64,000 nt of DNA from Alphaproteobacteria bacterium (GTDB lineage Bacteria; Pseudomonadota; Alphaproteobacteria; UBA2966). Shown piece by piece: positions 49,891-59,743 of the stretch (within the stretch, counting starts at the first letter, position 1; each line of letters begins with the position of its first letter). The stretch covers positions 960,001 through 1,024,000 of the forward strand of contig OZ219856.1 of the NCBI GenBank assembly GCA_964291395.2. The letters run 5' to 3'. Under the pieces are notes generated by a model that was given only the letters and a program-made list of their open reading frames with translations, did not search any database and was not told the origin of the DNA. The position numbers were made by a program, and so were the translations under genes.

Positions 49891-50517
49891 TCATCGCTTC
49901 TCGGCCGCGGTCGCCGCCGCGTCGTCGAGAGCCGTGGCGCGCCGATACGCCTCGCGCGCCTCGATCCGCGCTCCGTACGTCTCGAAGGCCGGCCGTTTGT
50001 CGATGAGATCGAGTTGCAGGCCCCAGGCGATATGGGACCCGACGTAGACATCGGCGGCGGAGAAGGTCTCGCCGGCGACGTAGCCGTCGCCTTCGACGGC
50101 TCTCTCCAGGGTCTGCATTACGGTGGAGAAATTGCCGTAACCGACCATCGTTTCCTTGTCTTCCGGCGGCGCGAGACCGAACGCGCGGTTGGTGACCGCG
50201 GCCTCGAGCGGACCTGCGGCGAAGAACAGCCAGCGATAATAGGCGCCCCGATGCTCTACCGGCGGCACCAACCCGGCCTCGGGGAAGGCGTCGGCGAGAT
50301 AGGCGCAGATCGCCGGGCTTTCGGTGACGATCGTCTCGCCGTGGCGGATCGCCGGCACCTTTCCCATCGGGTTGATCGCGAGGTATTCCGCCGACTTCAT
50401 CGTCGGTCCGTAGTCCAGAAGCTCGGTACGGTAGGGGACCTGCAGCTCCTCCAGCATCCAGCGGACGATGCGGCCGCGCGACATCGGGTTGGTGTAGAAA
50501 ACGATCTCTGAAGTCAT
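49891..50517 (-). CDS. glutathione S-transferase family protein
   Basis: NPMSRG..RWMLEE, INPMGKVP, TES.AIC.YLAD, FSAADV. Confidence 0.92.
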   Translation of the reverse strand: MTSEIVFYTNPMSRGRIVRWMLEELQVPYRTELLDYGPTMKSAEYLAINPMGKVPAIRHGETIVTESPAICAYLADAFPEAGLVPPVEHRGAYYRWLFFAAGPLEAAVTNRAFGLAPPEDKETMVGYGNFSTVMQTLERAVEGDGYVAGETFSAADVYVGSHIAWGLQLDLIDKRPAFETYGARIEAREAYRRATALDDAAATAAEKR

Positions 50518-50556
50518 CGTTGTACTCCATACCGGAAGCGTCGTCCGCGAGGCCGG

Positions 50557-52065
50557 CTATGGAGCGCGAGGTTCCCGCGCGTCCCCGTCCGGCACGATAC
50601 GGCTGGCCCGGTAAATGCTGTATGCCAGCGAGGCGATACCCAGAACCAGCAGGATCGCCGAGACCGGACGCGTGAAGAAGTTCAGGGGATTGTAATCGAG
50701 AAGCTGCATGCTCTTGATGAACGCGGACTCACCGAGCTGTCCCAAGATGACGCCCAATACCACCGCGGCCATGGAGTATCCGGACCGTCGCATCAAATAG
50801 CCGACGATTCCTGCCAGGAACATGACCCAAACGTCGACGACCAGGCCGCGCAGCGCGTAGGCGCCGATCGAGGCGATCAACAGGATGGCCGGCGCGAGCA
50901 GGCTGAAGGGCACGCGCAGCAGATGCACGACGGTCTTGGTCTCGATGTAGCCGAGCAGGAAGATTCCGACATTGGCGAGGAACATGGCCACGAACACGAC
51001 CCACACCAGGTCCTTGCTCGTGATCAGTACGAGCGGCCCCGGCTCCATCCCATGGATCTGAAAGGCCCCTACCATGACGGCGGTCAGAGCGCCGCCGGGC
51101 AGACCCAATGCGAGCAGGGGAATCATGGCCGCGCCGGTCGCGGCGTTGTTCGCCGTTTCGGACGCCACGACACCCTCGATTTCGCCCTTGCCGAAGCGCT
51201 CCGGATTCTTCGACCAGCGCACCGCTTCGCCGTAGCTCAGGAACGATGCCAGAACGGCTCCGATCCCCGGCAGGATGCCCGAGAAGAATCCGATCATCAT
51301 GGACCGGACGACGGCGAACTTGAGACGCCAGAATTCTGCAAGGCTCGGGAAATCGATTCCGAGCGCGGGTGGCACGCGCAGGCCCCGAGCGATCTGATGC
51401 CCCTGGATGAAAACCTCGGAGACGGCGAAGAAACCGAGGATTAGCGGCACGAAGTGGATGCCCGCCATAAGGTAGTCGATGTTGAAGTCGAAACGTGCGA
51501 GGCCGCCCGCCGGATCCGTGCCGATGGTGGCGAGGAGCAGACCGAACAACACCGAGAGCCAGCCCTTCCAGACGGTCTCGGCCCCGACCGTCGCGGCGAT
51601 CGAAAGACCGAGGAAGATCAACGCGAAGATCTCCGGCGGTCCGAAGGCTCGAATGGCCCAATTCGCCAGGGGCTCGGTTGCCGCCATCATGAGTATGCAC
51701 GAGCCGATGCCGCCGAGCGCCGAGCAGGTGACCGCGGCGCCGATGGCCCGTCCCGATTCCCCTTTCTGGGTCATCGGGTAGCCGTCGAACGCCGTGGGGG
51801 CGTTTTCGGCGCTGCCGGGGATGTTGAACAAGATGGCCGTGACGGCGCCGCCGTAGATGCCGGAGACGTAGATCACGGCGAGAAGCATAATGGCGTGGGA
51901 CGGCGCGAAATAGACGGAGAAGGGCAGCAGGACGGTCGCCAGGGTCACGGCGGAGAGCCCCGGAATGGCACCGAACAGGAGCCCACCGACGAGCCCCCCG
52001 AAAAAAACGGACACTCCGACGGGATCGAAGAACAAGGTCGTGAAGCCGAGGATGAAATCGTCCAT
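50557..52065 (-). CDS. tctA: tripartite tricarboxylate transporter large permease
   Basis: GAIPGL, YGG..AIL.NIPG, DGYPM, SETANNA, P.L.LG.PG, PGP. Confidence 0.92.
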   Translation of the reverse strand: MDDFILGFTTLFFDPVGVSVFFGGLVGGLLFGAIPGLSAVTLATVLLPFSVYFAPSHAIMLLAVIYVSGIYGGAVTAILFNIPGSAENAPTAFDGYPMTQKGESGRAIGAAVTCSALGGIGSCILMMAATEPLANWAIRAFGPPEIFALIFLGLSIAATVGAETVWKGWLSVLFGLLLATIGTDPAGGLARFDFNIDYLMAGIHFVPLILGFFAVSEVFIQGHQIARGLRVPPALGIDFPSLAEFWRLKFAVVRSMMIGFFSGILPGIGAVLASFLSYGEAVRWSKNPERFGKGEIEGVVASETANNAATGAAMIPLLALGLPGGALTAVMVGAFQIHGMEPGPLVLITSKDLVWVVFVAMFLANVGIFLLGYIETKTVVHLLRVPFSLLAPAILLIASIGAYALRGLVVDVWVMFLAGIVGYLMRRSGYSMAAVVLGVILGQLGESAFIKSMQLLDYNPLNFFTRPVSAILLVLGIASLAYSIYRASRIVPDGDAREPRAP

Positions 52066-52081
52066 GCGTCACCCGCGCCGG

Positions 52082-52648
52082 CTACAACGCGCCGAGCATG
52101 ACGAGAAAGGCATTGCTGAAGTCATAGAACACGGGCCAGTTGCCCGTGGGCAGCGGCACGTAGAGCCACACGGTGAACATCAGGATTACGCCCGCGTAAA
52201 TGCCGAACGTCGTGCACACCAGATGCAGCCAGTTGCGTTGGCCGAATATGTACATGTACCCGGCAATGAATAGCGGTGTCGTGAAGTAATAGCCCGTGCG
52301 GGGCAGCAACCACAGGTACAACAGGGGCCAGAGGAACGTGCCCGCGATGCGGAGCGTCGCCCATAAACCGGTCTCCATGTCGTGGTGTTCGGCTCCGACC
52401 CCTTCCGAGAGATGCGCCCCCCGCCGGATTGCGCGCCAGCTCGAGATCAGCGACAACGACGCCACGACCGATATGATGAGAAGGATTCCCCGGGGCCACG
52501 ACACGGTGCCCCAGCGGTAGATCTCGAGGTCGCGCTCGAAGGCGTAGGAATAGATCCACATGAGCGCGAATACCGCGAGCCAGATCCCCGACTCGGCGAG
52601 CAGGCGCACGACCTGTGCGTGCGCCTGCCCGCGTCCGGCGTTGCTCAT
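52082..52648 (-). CDS. tctB: tripartite tricarboxylate transporter small permease
   Basis: Four TM segments, WP, LYVPLP.G; between tctC and tctA. Confidence 0.82.
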   Translation of the reverse strand: MSNAGRGQAHAQVVRLLAESGIWLAVFALMWIYSYAFERDLEIYRWGTVSWPRGILLIISVVASLSLISSWRAIRRGAHLSEGVGAEHHDMETGLWATLRIAGTFLWPLLYLWLLPRTGYYFTTPLFIAGYMYIFGQRNWLHLVCTTFGIYAGVILMFTVWLYVPLPTGNWPVFYDFSNAFLVMLGAL

Positions 52649-52681
52649 GCGCCGATTTCGAGTACGGGAACGCAGACCGGA

Positions 52682-53692
52682 CTACTTCGAGAACCCGATT
52701 TTCTCATAGAGGGCGACGTAGGCGTCCACGAGACCCCGCACCAGATCCACCGCGTCCTGGCCGCCGTAATAGCTGCGCGCCAGGTGCATGTACTTGCTGC
52801 GATTGAACTTCTGATAGTCGTCCGTCTTGAAGGCGGCATCGCATGCCTTGACCAGATACTCCTGACGGTCCTTCGGCACGTCCTTGTGGACCCAGAACAG
52901 CCGCACACGCTGCAGGACCGGCACGTCGCCGATGTTGGCGTCAACCAGCGAGGGGACGTCCTTGAACGCGTCGGGGCTCGACGGGAGCACGTTCAGAATG
53001 GCCTTCATCTGACCGCCTTCGAGATACTTCCGCACGTCGCCCGGCTGTTCGAAAAGGGCGTCGGTGTGGCCGCCGATGAGCGAGGCGTAGCGCTCCGCGG
53101 GTTTGTCGAAACTGATCTGCTTGACGTTGATGCCGGCCGCTTCCTCGATGGCGCCCCATTGCACCACTTCCATGGAACCTTCGACGCCGATGTTGGCGAG
53201 GTTTACCTGACCGGGGTTCTTCTTCGCGTAGGCGACGAATGACGCCCAATCGGTATACCGATCCTCGTCGGGGCGGATGTAGACCTGGCTGAAGGTGGCC
53301 TGGGTGACGCAGATGGGGATCAGATCCTCACCCAAGGTGAAGTCGATCTGCTTCGCGGCCTCGGCGGTGATGATGCCGTCCGTCTGCTCGAGAATCGTGT
53401 AACCGTCCTTCGGCCGGCTCATGAAGTCCGGCATCGCCGCGAGACCGCCGCCTCCCGGCTTGTTCTCCACCGAGAAACCGACGCCCGTGATCTTCTGCAT
53501 GGCCGTCGCCCATGCGCGGGAGACCTGATCGGAACCGCCGCCCGGCCCGTAAGGAACGATGATCGACACGGTGCGCTCCGGATAACCGCCCGGCTTCATG
53601 AGATCGGCGGCGACGGCGGTGGTCGAGACCGCAACCCCTAACGCGAGGGCCGCGAGTCCACCGACGGTGAAAACGGATTTTCCTTGTGACAT
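52682..53692 (-). CDS. tctC: tripartite tricarboxylate transporter substrate-binding protein
   Basis: Signal peptide; YPER.V.IIVPYGPGGGSD, VENKPGGGG, DGYT. Confidence 0.92.
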   Translation of the reverse strand: MSQGKSVFTVGGLAALALGVAVSTTAVAADLMKPGGYPERTVSIIVPYGPGGGSDQVSRAWATAMQKITGVGFSVENKPGGGGLAAMPDFMSRPKDGYTILEQTDGIITAEAAKQIDFTLGEDLIPICVTQATFSQVYIRPDEDRYTDWASFVAYAKKNPGQVNLANIGVEGSMEVVQWGAIEEAAGINVKQISFDKPAERYASLIGGHTDALFEQPGDVRKYLEGGQMKAILNVLPSSPDAFKDVPSLVDANIGDVPVLQRVRLFWVHKDVPKDRQEYLVKACDAAFKTDDYQKFNRSKYMHLARSYYGGQDAVDLVRGLVDAYVALYEKIGFSK

Positions 53693-53951
53693 GAGTCCCC
53701 TCCCCTTGGTTTGTTTTGCACTTTGAGATCGATGCACCGCCCCTACGGTGCCCGGCGCATCTGCGATGGGTCCTAGGGTAATCCTCCGGGTCGGTCGGCG
53801 TCGACCTTCAATTTCATATCTGCCTTGTCGTTGCTGGAGGGAATGGATTTCTCATGACTTCTTCCGATTGATCGCTGCCGCGCGTCGTCTCCGAACGGTC
53901 GGCACGGCAATTCCTGTCCCGCATCCCGGCGATTTCGTATCGATAAATTGA

Positions 53952-54740
53952 TCAGCAGCCGAACTGGCCCGGCGTGTCCCCCATGTGACGCTTGAACATG
54001 GCGATAAAGGCGCTCGGGCTCTCGTAGCCGAGATCGAGAGCGACCTGGGTCACGGGACGGCCCGAGGCGAGCCATTCGACCGCGGCCAGCAGCCGTCGGC
54101 GCCGCCGCCATTCGCCGAAGGTCATCCCGGTCTCGGCGAGGAACAACCGGGCGAGGGTGCGGCTGCTCGCGCCGGCAGTCCGTGCCCAGACGTCGAGCGC
54201 CCGGTCGTCTCGCGGAAACTCGGTTAGCGTGTCGACGATGTCCCGCAGGCGGGGATCCCGCGGAAACGGGAGGTGAAGGGGCGTGGCTTCAAGTCCGCGC
54301 AGTTCATCCAGAAGCACGGCCATGAGGCGCCCGTCGGCGCCCTCGATGTCGTAGAGCGCCGGCAAGGTCACGGCCTTGGAGATCAGTTGGCGGAGGAGGG
54401 GCGGGACGGCCACGACCCAGCAGTCACTCGGCAACCACGGCACGGCGCCCGTGTCGAGGTAGAGGGTGCGCATGAGGATCGCTTCGATGGCCAGGATCTC
54501 GTGCTCTATTTCGGCGGGCATCCACAGGGCGTGACCCGGCGGCACGACCCAGGCGCCGGTCCGGGTGGTGACGCGCATCAAGCCGGAATCCGCGTGCACG
54601 AACTGGGTGCGGGTGTGGGAATGCGGGGCGATGCGGTGACCCGGCGGATAGTCGAGTGCCAGCGCAACCACCGGGCGTGGTTGCACGTCGACCGCATCGC
54701 GTTCCGCCGGGCTGAGGCTCTCTTGTCTGAATCGAGGCAT
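53952..54740 (-). CDS. AraC family transcriptional regulator (cupin + HTH)
   Basis: HSH, WVVPP..ALW.P..H, SRTLARLF..ETGM.F..W, LGYESPSAF..MF. Confidence 0.92.
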   Translation of the reverse strand: MPRFRQESLSPAERDAVDVQPRPVVALALDYPPGHRIAPHSHTRTQFVHADSGLMRVTTRTGAWVVPPGHALWMPAEIEHEILAIEAILMRTLYLDTGAVPWLPSDCWVVAVPPLLRQLISKAVTLPALYDIEGADGRLMAVLLDELRGLEATPLHLPFPRDPRLRDIVDTLTEFPRDDRALDVWARTAGASSRTLARLFLAETGMTFGEWRRRRRLLAAVEWLASGRPVTQVALDLGYESPSAFIAMFKRHMGDTPGQFGC

Positions 54741-54766
54741 TTATTGGCAATCTATCGAAAGACAGA

Positions 54767-56062
54767 ATGAACGCCAATGTGCATGATGGCCGCGACAACG
54801 TCGGAAAGAACCCGGTAATGAACCGAAGCGCCCTGCGGCTCGCCTTCCTGAATGTGGGTCACGCCTACGACCATCTGTTCATGTTGCTCTTCGCCACGGT
54901 GGTACTCGCCCTGGAGGATGCCTTCGACATGAACTACGGCGAATTGATCGCCTTGTCGTTCCCCGGTTTCCTGGCGTTTGCCGTGGGCGCGTTGCCGGCC
55001 GGCTGGCTCGGCGATCGTTGGGACCGCACCAAATTGATGGCGGTTTTCTTCCTCGGGATCGGCGGCGCTTCGATCCTGACGGGGTTGGCGCAAAGCCCCT
55101 GGCAAATCGCCGCGGCTCTCACGTTGGTCGGCTTGTTCGGTTCAATCTACCACCCGGTAGGCATCGCCATGGTGGTCGAGGGGCGGGAGAAGGTCGGCAA
55201 GGTCCTCGGGATCAACGGCCTGTTCGGCAACCTTGGCGTCGCCGGCGCGGCGATCATCGCCGGCCTCTTCACCCAAACCCTGGGCTGGCGCGCGGCGTTC
55301 GTGATCCCCGGCGCCGTCGCCATGGCCACGGGTGTCGCCTACGTCCTGGTGATGCGGGGGGAGACCGCAACCGCCGGGCGCGCGCCATCGCAGGCGGCCG
55401 CCCGAACGTCCGGCGCGCCGTTTTTCCTGAAGGCATTGCTCATCCTTGCCGTCGCTTCGCTGTTCGGCGGCCTGATCTTCAACGTCACGACGGTAGCCCT
55501 CCCAAAGGTGTTCGACGAGCGGTTGGCGGGTATGGCAACGACGACTCTCGGCGTCGGTTCGTTGGCCTCCATCGTGTTCGCGGTCGCGGCCTTCGCGCAG
55601 ATTGTCGTCGGCTTCCTCATCGACCGATATCCCATCAAGCCGGTATTCGTCATCGTCGTTGCCGCGCAATTGCCGTTGATGCTGTTGGCGGCGACCGCGC
55701 ATGACGCTGCAATGCTGGCGGCGGCGCTGATCCTGATGGCGCTGGTGTTCGGGGAAATCCCCATACACGACGCCCTGATCGCCCGATTCACCACGAATGC
55801 TTGGCGCTCCCGGATTTACGCCATCAAATACGTGATCACGCTGGGTGTGAGCGCGCTCGCGGTTCCGCTGATTTCGTTCACCCACGAATTCGCGGGTGGT
55901 TTCACCACCCTGTTCGTGCTCATGACCGCCTTCGTCGTGATTATCCTGGCCGCCGTCGCCTTTCTTCCGATCACCGGCCGCTCCAGTGAGGCGGCGTCCG
56001 CTGCCGCCGCGGAAGGGACGAGCGATGCTCAAGTCGAATTGAGCCAATCGGCGATTGACTGA
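54767..56062 (+). CDS. MFS transporter (FSR-like); alternative start at 54818
   Basis: GH..DH, GWLGDRW, SIYHP, G..GN.G; divergent from araC. Confidence 0.85.
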   Translation: MNANVHDGRDNVGKNPVMNRSALRLAFLNVGHAYDHLFMLLFATVVLALEDAFDMNYGELIALSFPGFLAFAVGALPAGWLGDRWDRTKLMAVFFLGIGGASILTGLAQSPWQIAAALTLVGLFGSIYHPVGIAMVVEGREKVGKVLGINGLFGNLGVAGAAIIAGLFTQTLGWRAAFVIPGAVAMATGVAYVLVMRGETATAGRAPSQAAARTSGAPFFLKALLILAVASLFGGLIFNVTTVALPKVFDERLAGMATTTLGVGSLASIVFAVAAFAQIVVGFLIDRYPIKPVFVIVVAAQLPLMLLAATAHDAAMLAAALILMALVFGEIPIHDALIARFTTNAWRSRIYAIKYVITLGVSALAVPLISFTHEFAGGFTTLFVLMTAFVVIILAAVAFLPITGRSSEAASAAAAEGTSDAQVELSQSAID

Positions 56063-56088
56063 GCAATACGAGTCCCTAGTCTGGGCCT

Positions 56089-56829
56089 ATGAGCAGCGTT
56101 CGCGGGGATCAACGGCAGAAGGTGCGCGTCGGGGTGCGGGTCGCCCTGGTCGGCGTGCTTGTCGCCGGATTCGTCTCGTTCTTTGCTTTCGGAGTGGACG
56201 ACTACGTGACCATCGAGACCCTGCGGGAGCACCGGGACATCCTGCAAGCCAAGGTCGACGATTACGCCATCCTGGCTCCCGCGGTCTTCGTGGTACTGTA
56301 TGCCACGGCAATCGCCTTCTCAGTGCCTGGCGGTCTGGTGATGACAATCACCGGCGGGTTCCTGTTCGGCAACGTCATGGGAACCACCTATGTCGTCGTC
56401 GCGGCAACCATCGGGGCGAGCGCGATTTTCCTCATTGCGCGGACCGCATTGGGCGAGCCCCTTCGGGCGCGGGCCGGCCCCTGGCTCGGCCGCCTCGAGA
56501 CGGGGTTTCAGCGGAACGCCTTCAATTACCTGCTCGTGCTGCGCCTGATTCCCCTCTTCCCGTTCTTCGTCGTGAATCTGGTGCCCGCATTTCTGGGCGT
56601 GCGACTCGCGCCCTATGTGGTGGCCACCTTCGTCGGCATCATCCCTGCGACCTTTGTGTATTCGACCGTCGGCGCGGGCCTCGACAGTCTCTTCGAGGCG
56701 GACCAGGAGTTCACCGCCACCGGGATTCTGACACCGGAGATCATTACGGCGCTGGTGGGATTGGCGGTTTTGGCTCTCTTGCCGATCGCTTACAAGAGGT
56801 ACAGGGCCCGGAATTCGGAACCCGGCTAG
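56089..56829 (+). CDS. TVP38/TMEM64 (VTT/DedA-like) membrane protein
   Basis: PG...T..GGFLFG, AT.GA..FL.AR, LRLIP.FPF..VN, GIIP. Confidence 0.9.
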   Translation: MSSVRGDQRQKVRVGVRVALVGVLVAGFVSFFAFGVDDYVTIETLREHRDILQAKVDDYAILAPAVFVVLYATAIAFSVPGGLVMTITGGFLFGNVMGTTYVVVAATIGASAIFLIARTALGEPLRARAGPWLGRLETGFQRNAFNYLLVLRLIPLFPFFVVNLVPAFLGVRLAPYVVATFVGIIPATFVYSTVGAGLDSLFEADQEFTATGILTPEIITALVGLAVLALLPIAYKRYRARNSEPG

Positions 56830-56948
56830 TCAGCCCGGCAGGCGTACGAGGGTTGTGTCGGGGCAGGCGGACTCCCGTATTCTCGATGGAAAAGGCGGGG
56901 CCCGTCCTGCGCCGAGTACTCGCCGATATTCGCAGTCGGCGGCGTCCG

Positions 56949-57638
56949 TCAGCCGGCGCCGACGATCCTCGGCAGCCCCTCGAGCGTCTCTATCTCGGCG
57001 TGGGGCGGGTCGGGGATCCGCTCGCGTGTCTGGCCGAAGCGATTGACCCAGATGACGCGGTATCCGAAGGCGGATGCGGCGGCGGCATCCCAGGCGTTGG
57101 AAGACTGAAACGACATCCGTCCGGCCGGCAGGCCGAGCCGGTCCTCTCCCATCCGGTAGACGCTCGGGTGAGGCTTGAATACGCCGACCTCCTCGACCGA
57201 GAGGACCGCGTCGAGAAGATCCGCAAGATCCGCGCTGCTGACCGCGGCCTCGAGCATGTCGGGCGCGCCATTCGACAGGATGGCCGTCTTCATTCCCGCC
57301 GATTTCAGTTGCGCGAGAACCCCCTTCGCCTCGGGATAGGCGTCGAGCGCGAGATAGAGGTCCATGAGACGGTCGCGCAGCGCGTCGTCGTCGAGGCCGA
57401 GGCTGTCCATCGCGTAGTCCAGCGCGTCTCCCGTAACCCGCCAGAAATCGACGTGCCGGCCCATGACGCTGCGCAGCCAGGTGTACTGGAGCTGCTTCAG
57501 CCGCCAGGTCTCGGCCAGAGGCTGCCACTTGTCCCCGAGTTCCGACCGGCAATGCCGGGCGGCCGCGTCGACGTCGAACAGCGTCCCGTAGGCGTCGAAC
57601 ACGCAGGCACCGATGTCGTCGAATCCTTGAGCTGTCAT
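56949..57638 (-). CDS. haloacid dehalogenase type II
   Basis: FDAYGTLFD, WR.KQLQY.W, LSNG, FKP.P.VY, SSNAWD. Confidence 0.92.
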   Translation of the reverse strand: MTAQGFDDIGACVFDAYGTLFDVDAAARHCRSELGDKWQPLAETWRLKQLQYTWLRSVMGRHVDFWRVTGDALDYAMDSLGLDDDALRDRLMDLYLALDAYPEAKGVLAQLKSAGMKTAILSNGAPDMLEAAVSSADLADLLDAVLSVEEVGVFKPHPSVYRMGEDRLGLPAGRMSFQSSNAWDAAAASAFGYRVIWVNRFGQTRERIPDPPHAEIETLEGLPRIVGAG

Positions 57639-57788
57639 CGCGGTCCCTTAGACGAATAGAGGGGTTTCAGGCAAGCCGGAGTCCATTCGGAGGAGTGGCG
57701 ATCGATCGTGAAGCGCGAGGCGCGCGCCGCGAGGGGAGCGGGCCACGTTCGGGGTCGCGAACCTCGATTCACGTCCGACGTCCCCGAA

Positions 57789-57816
57789 TTGACATCGATC
57801 TCGCCCCGCGTATAGT
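57789..57816 (+). promoter_or_regulatory. sigma70-type promoter of rpsD
   Basis: TTGACA-N16-TATAGT, 57 nt upstream of the ATG. Confidence 0.7.
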
Positions 57817-57873
57817 ACGCGCCCGATCCGGCGCCCCGGCGCCGGTTTTCCAGTTTCACGCGTGGAATTGCCG

Positions 57874-58491
57874 ATGAGCAAGCGTCAATCAGCGAAGTAC
57901 AAGCTCGACCGCCGCATGGGAGAGAACGTCTGGGGGCGACCCAAGAGCCCGTCCAACCGGCGTTCCTACGGCCCCGGGCAGCACGGCCAGGCTCGCCGGC
58001 GCAAGCTGAGTGACTTCGGGATTCAGTTGAAGGCGAAGCAGAAGCTCAAGGGCTACTACGGCAACATTACCGAGAAGCAGTTCCGCAACACCTATGACCG
58101 GGCGGTCAAGAGCAAGGGCGACACGACGGAGAACCTGATCGGTCTCCTCGAATGCCGGCTCGATGCCGTGGTCTACCGCATGAAGTTCGTGCCGACGGTG
58201 TTCGCGTCGCGGCAGTTCATCAGCCACGGCCACGTCACGGTCAACGGACGGCGCGTGACCATCCCGAGCTACCGGGTCCGGGAAGGCGACGTCGTCGAGG
58301 TGCGCGAGAAGTCCAAGAACATGGCGCTCGTGCTCGAGTCGCTGGAATCGGCGGAGCGGGACGTTCCCGACTACATCGAGGTCGACCACGCGAAGCTGCG
58401 GGGTACGTTCCTTCGCGTGCCGTCCTTCGCCGAGGTGCCCTATCCCGTGCACATGGAGCCGCACCTCGTGATCGAGTACTACAGCCGCTGA
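57874..58491 (+). CDS. rpsD: 30S ribosomal protein S4
   Basis: [56 protein letters not shown]. Confidence 0.98.
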   Translation: MSKRQSAKYKLDRRMGENVWGRPKSPSNRRSYGPGQHGQARRRKLSDFGIQLKAKQKLKGYYGNITEKQFRNTYDRAVKSKGDTTENLIGLLECRLDAVVYRMKFVPTVFASRQFISHGHVTVNGRRVTIPSYRVREGDVVEVREKSKNMALVLESLESAERDVPDYIEVDHAKLRGTFLRVPSFAEVPYPVHMEPHLVIEYYSR

Positions 58492-58590
58492 CCGCCCTTG
58501 CTGCCGTCGTTGCTCCGCTTGCGCTCGCGCCGGCGGGCCGGACGGCGATCATTCCGACATCCCGTGTTCCGTGGTCGAACCACGCGCCTC

Positions 58591-59715
58591 CTACATGTGG
58601 ATGCGGTCGCCTTTGGGATCGAAGAACGGGATTTCGACCACCGTGGCCTTGAGCGGTTCGGGCTCGGTCCTGATGACAAGCGCCGTGCCCACCCCGGCGT
58701 GCTCGGCGGGGACGTAGCCGATGCCGATGGTCTTGTCGAGGGTCGGGCTGAAGCCCGCGAAGGTCGCCTTGCCGCATTCCCGGCCGTCGATCTCGATGGG
58801 AGTGCCGGGCGCCGCGGCGGCGGAGCCCTCGATGATCTCGAAACCGACGAGTTTCCGGCTCACGCCTTGTTGCTTGATACGCAGGAGCGCATCGCGCCCG
58901 ACGAAATCTTCCTTGTCGAGCTTGACCGCCTTGTCGAGGCATGCCTCGAACGGATTGGTGTTCTCGTCGATGTCGCGCGTGTAGATGTGGTAGACCTTCT
59001 CGAGACGGAATACGCCGACCGTCTTGTTGCCGCAGAGCTGAAGGCCGTCGTCCTTGCCGGCCTCCACGATGGCGTCGTACATCGTGTAGGCGTAGCCTGG
59101 ATCGTAGATGATCTCGTAGCCGAGCTCGCCGGTGACGCCGAGGCGCGCGACGATGCAGTCGATGCCGGCGACCTTCGTCTCGACGAAGCGGAAATAGGGC
59201 AGCGCTTCGTTCGAGATGTCGGCGTCGGTGATCTTCTGTAGGATGTCGCGGGATTTGGGCCCCTGAATCTCGATGATCGTGGTGCCGCTGGTCAGGTCCT
59301 CGATCTCGACGTCCATGTCTCCCACATGTCCGCGCACCCATCCCGGCGTCTTGCCGACGTTGAAGGCGGCGGCCGTCAGCAGGTAGTGGTCGGGCGCCAG
59401 GCAGAGCACGACGAGATCGTCGACGATCCCCCCGTCCTCGTTGAGCAGGCTCGAATAGAAGCAACGCCCCGGTTCGGGTTTGATGTCGTTGGCGCAGACC
59501 TTCTGCACGGCATCGTGCGCTTCCGGGCCCTTGAGATGGAGTTCGCCCATCTGGTGACCGTCGAAGAGCACGGCGGCCGAACGGCACGCCTTCACCTCAT
59601 CCTCCACGGAGGTGAAGGTCTCCGGCATCTCCCAGCCGGCGAAGTCGAAAAAGCCGTTGGCTCCGTGAGCAACGTGTTGGCCGTAGTGCGGCGAGCGTTT
59701 CAGGATCTTGGTCAT
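58591..59715 (-). CDS. stand-alone aminomethyltransferase (GcvT-like, folate-binding) protein
   Basis: FAGWEMP, LFD..QMG, LNEDGGIVDD, IQGPKS, GVTGELGYEI, RLEK, DFVGR.AL, SPTL...G.GY, PFFDP. Confidence 0.9.
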   Translation of the reverse strand: MTKILKRSPHYGQHVAHGANGFFDFAGWEMPETFTSVEDEVKACRSAAVLFDGHQMGELHLKGPEAHDAVQKVCANDIKPEPGRCFYSSLLNEDGGIVDDLVVLCLAPDHYLLTAAAFNVGKTPGWVRGHVGDMDVEIEDLTSGTTIIEIQGPKSRDILQKITDADISNEALPYFRFVETKVAGIDCIVARLGVTGELGYEIIYDPGYAYTMYDAIVEAGKDDGLQLCGNKTVGVFRLEKVYHIYTRDIDENTNPFEACLDKAVKLDKEDFVGRDALLRIKQQGVSRKLVGFEIIEGSAAAAPGTPIEIDGRECGKATFAGFSPTLDKTIGIGYVPAEHAGVGTALVIRTEPEPLKATVVEIPFFDPKGDRIHM

Positions 59716-59743
59716 CGGTTTGTCCTCGGACTCGATAAGCTCT

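Noticed and set aside
58591-59715. Calling this gene gcvT of glycine cleavage
   Set aside because: No gcvH/gcvP adjacent and the canonical DVSHMG/RTGYTGEDG motifs are altered (DGHQMG, RLGVTGELG)
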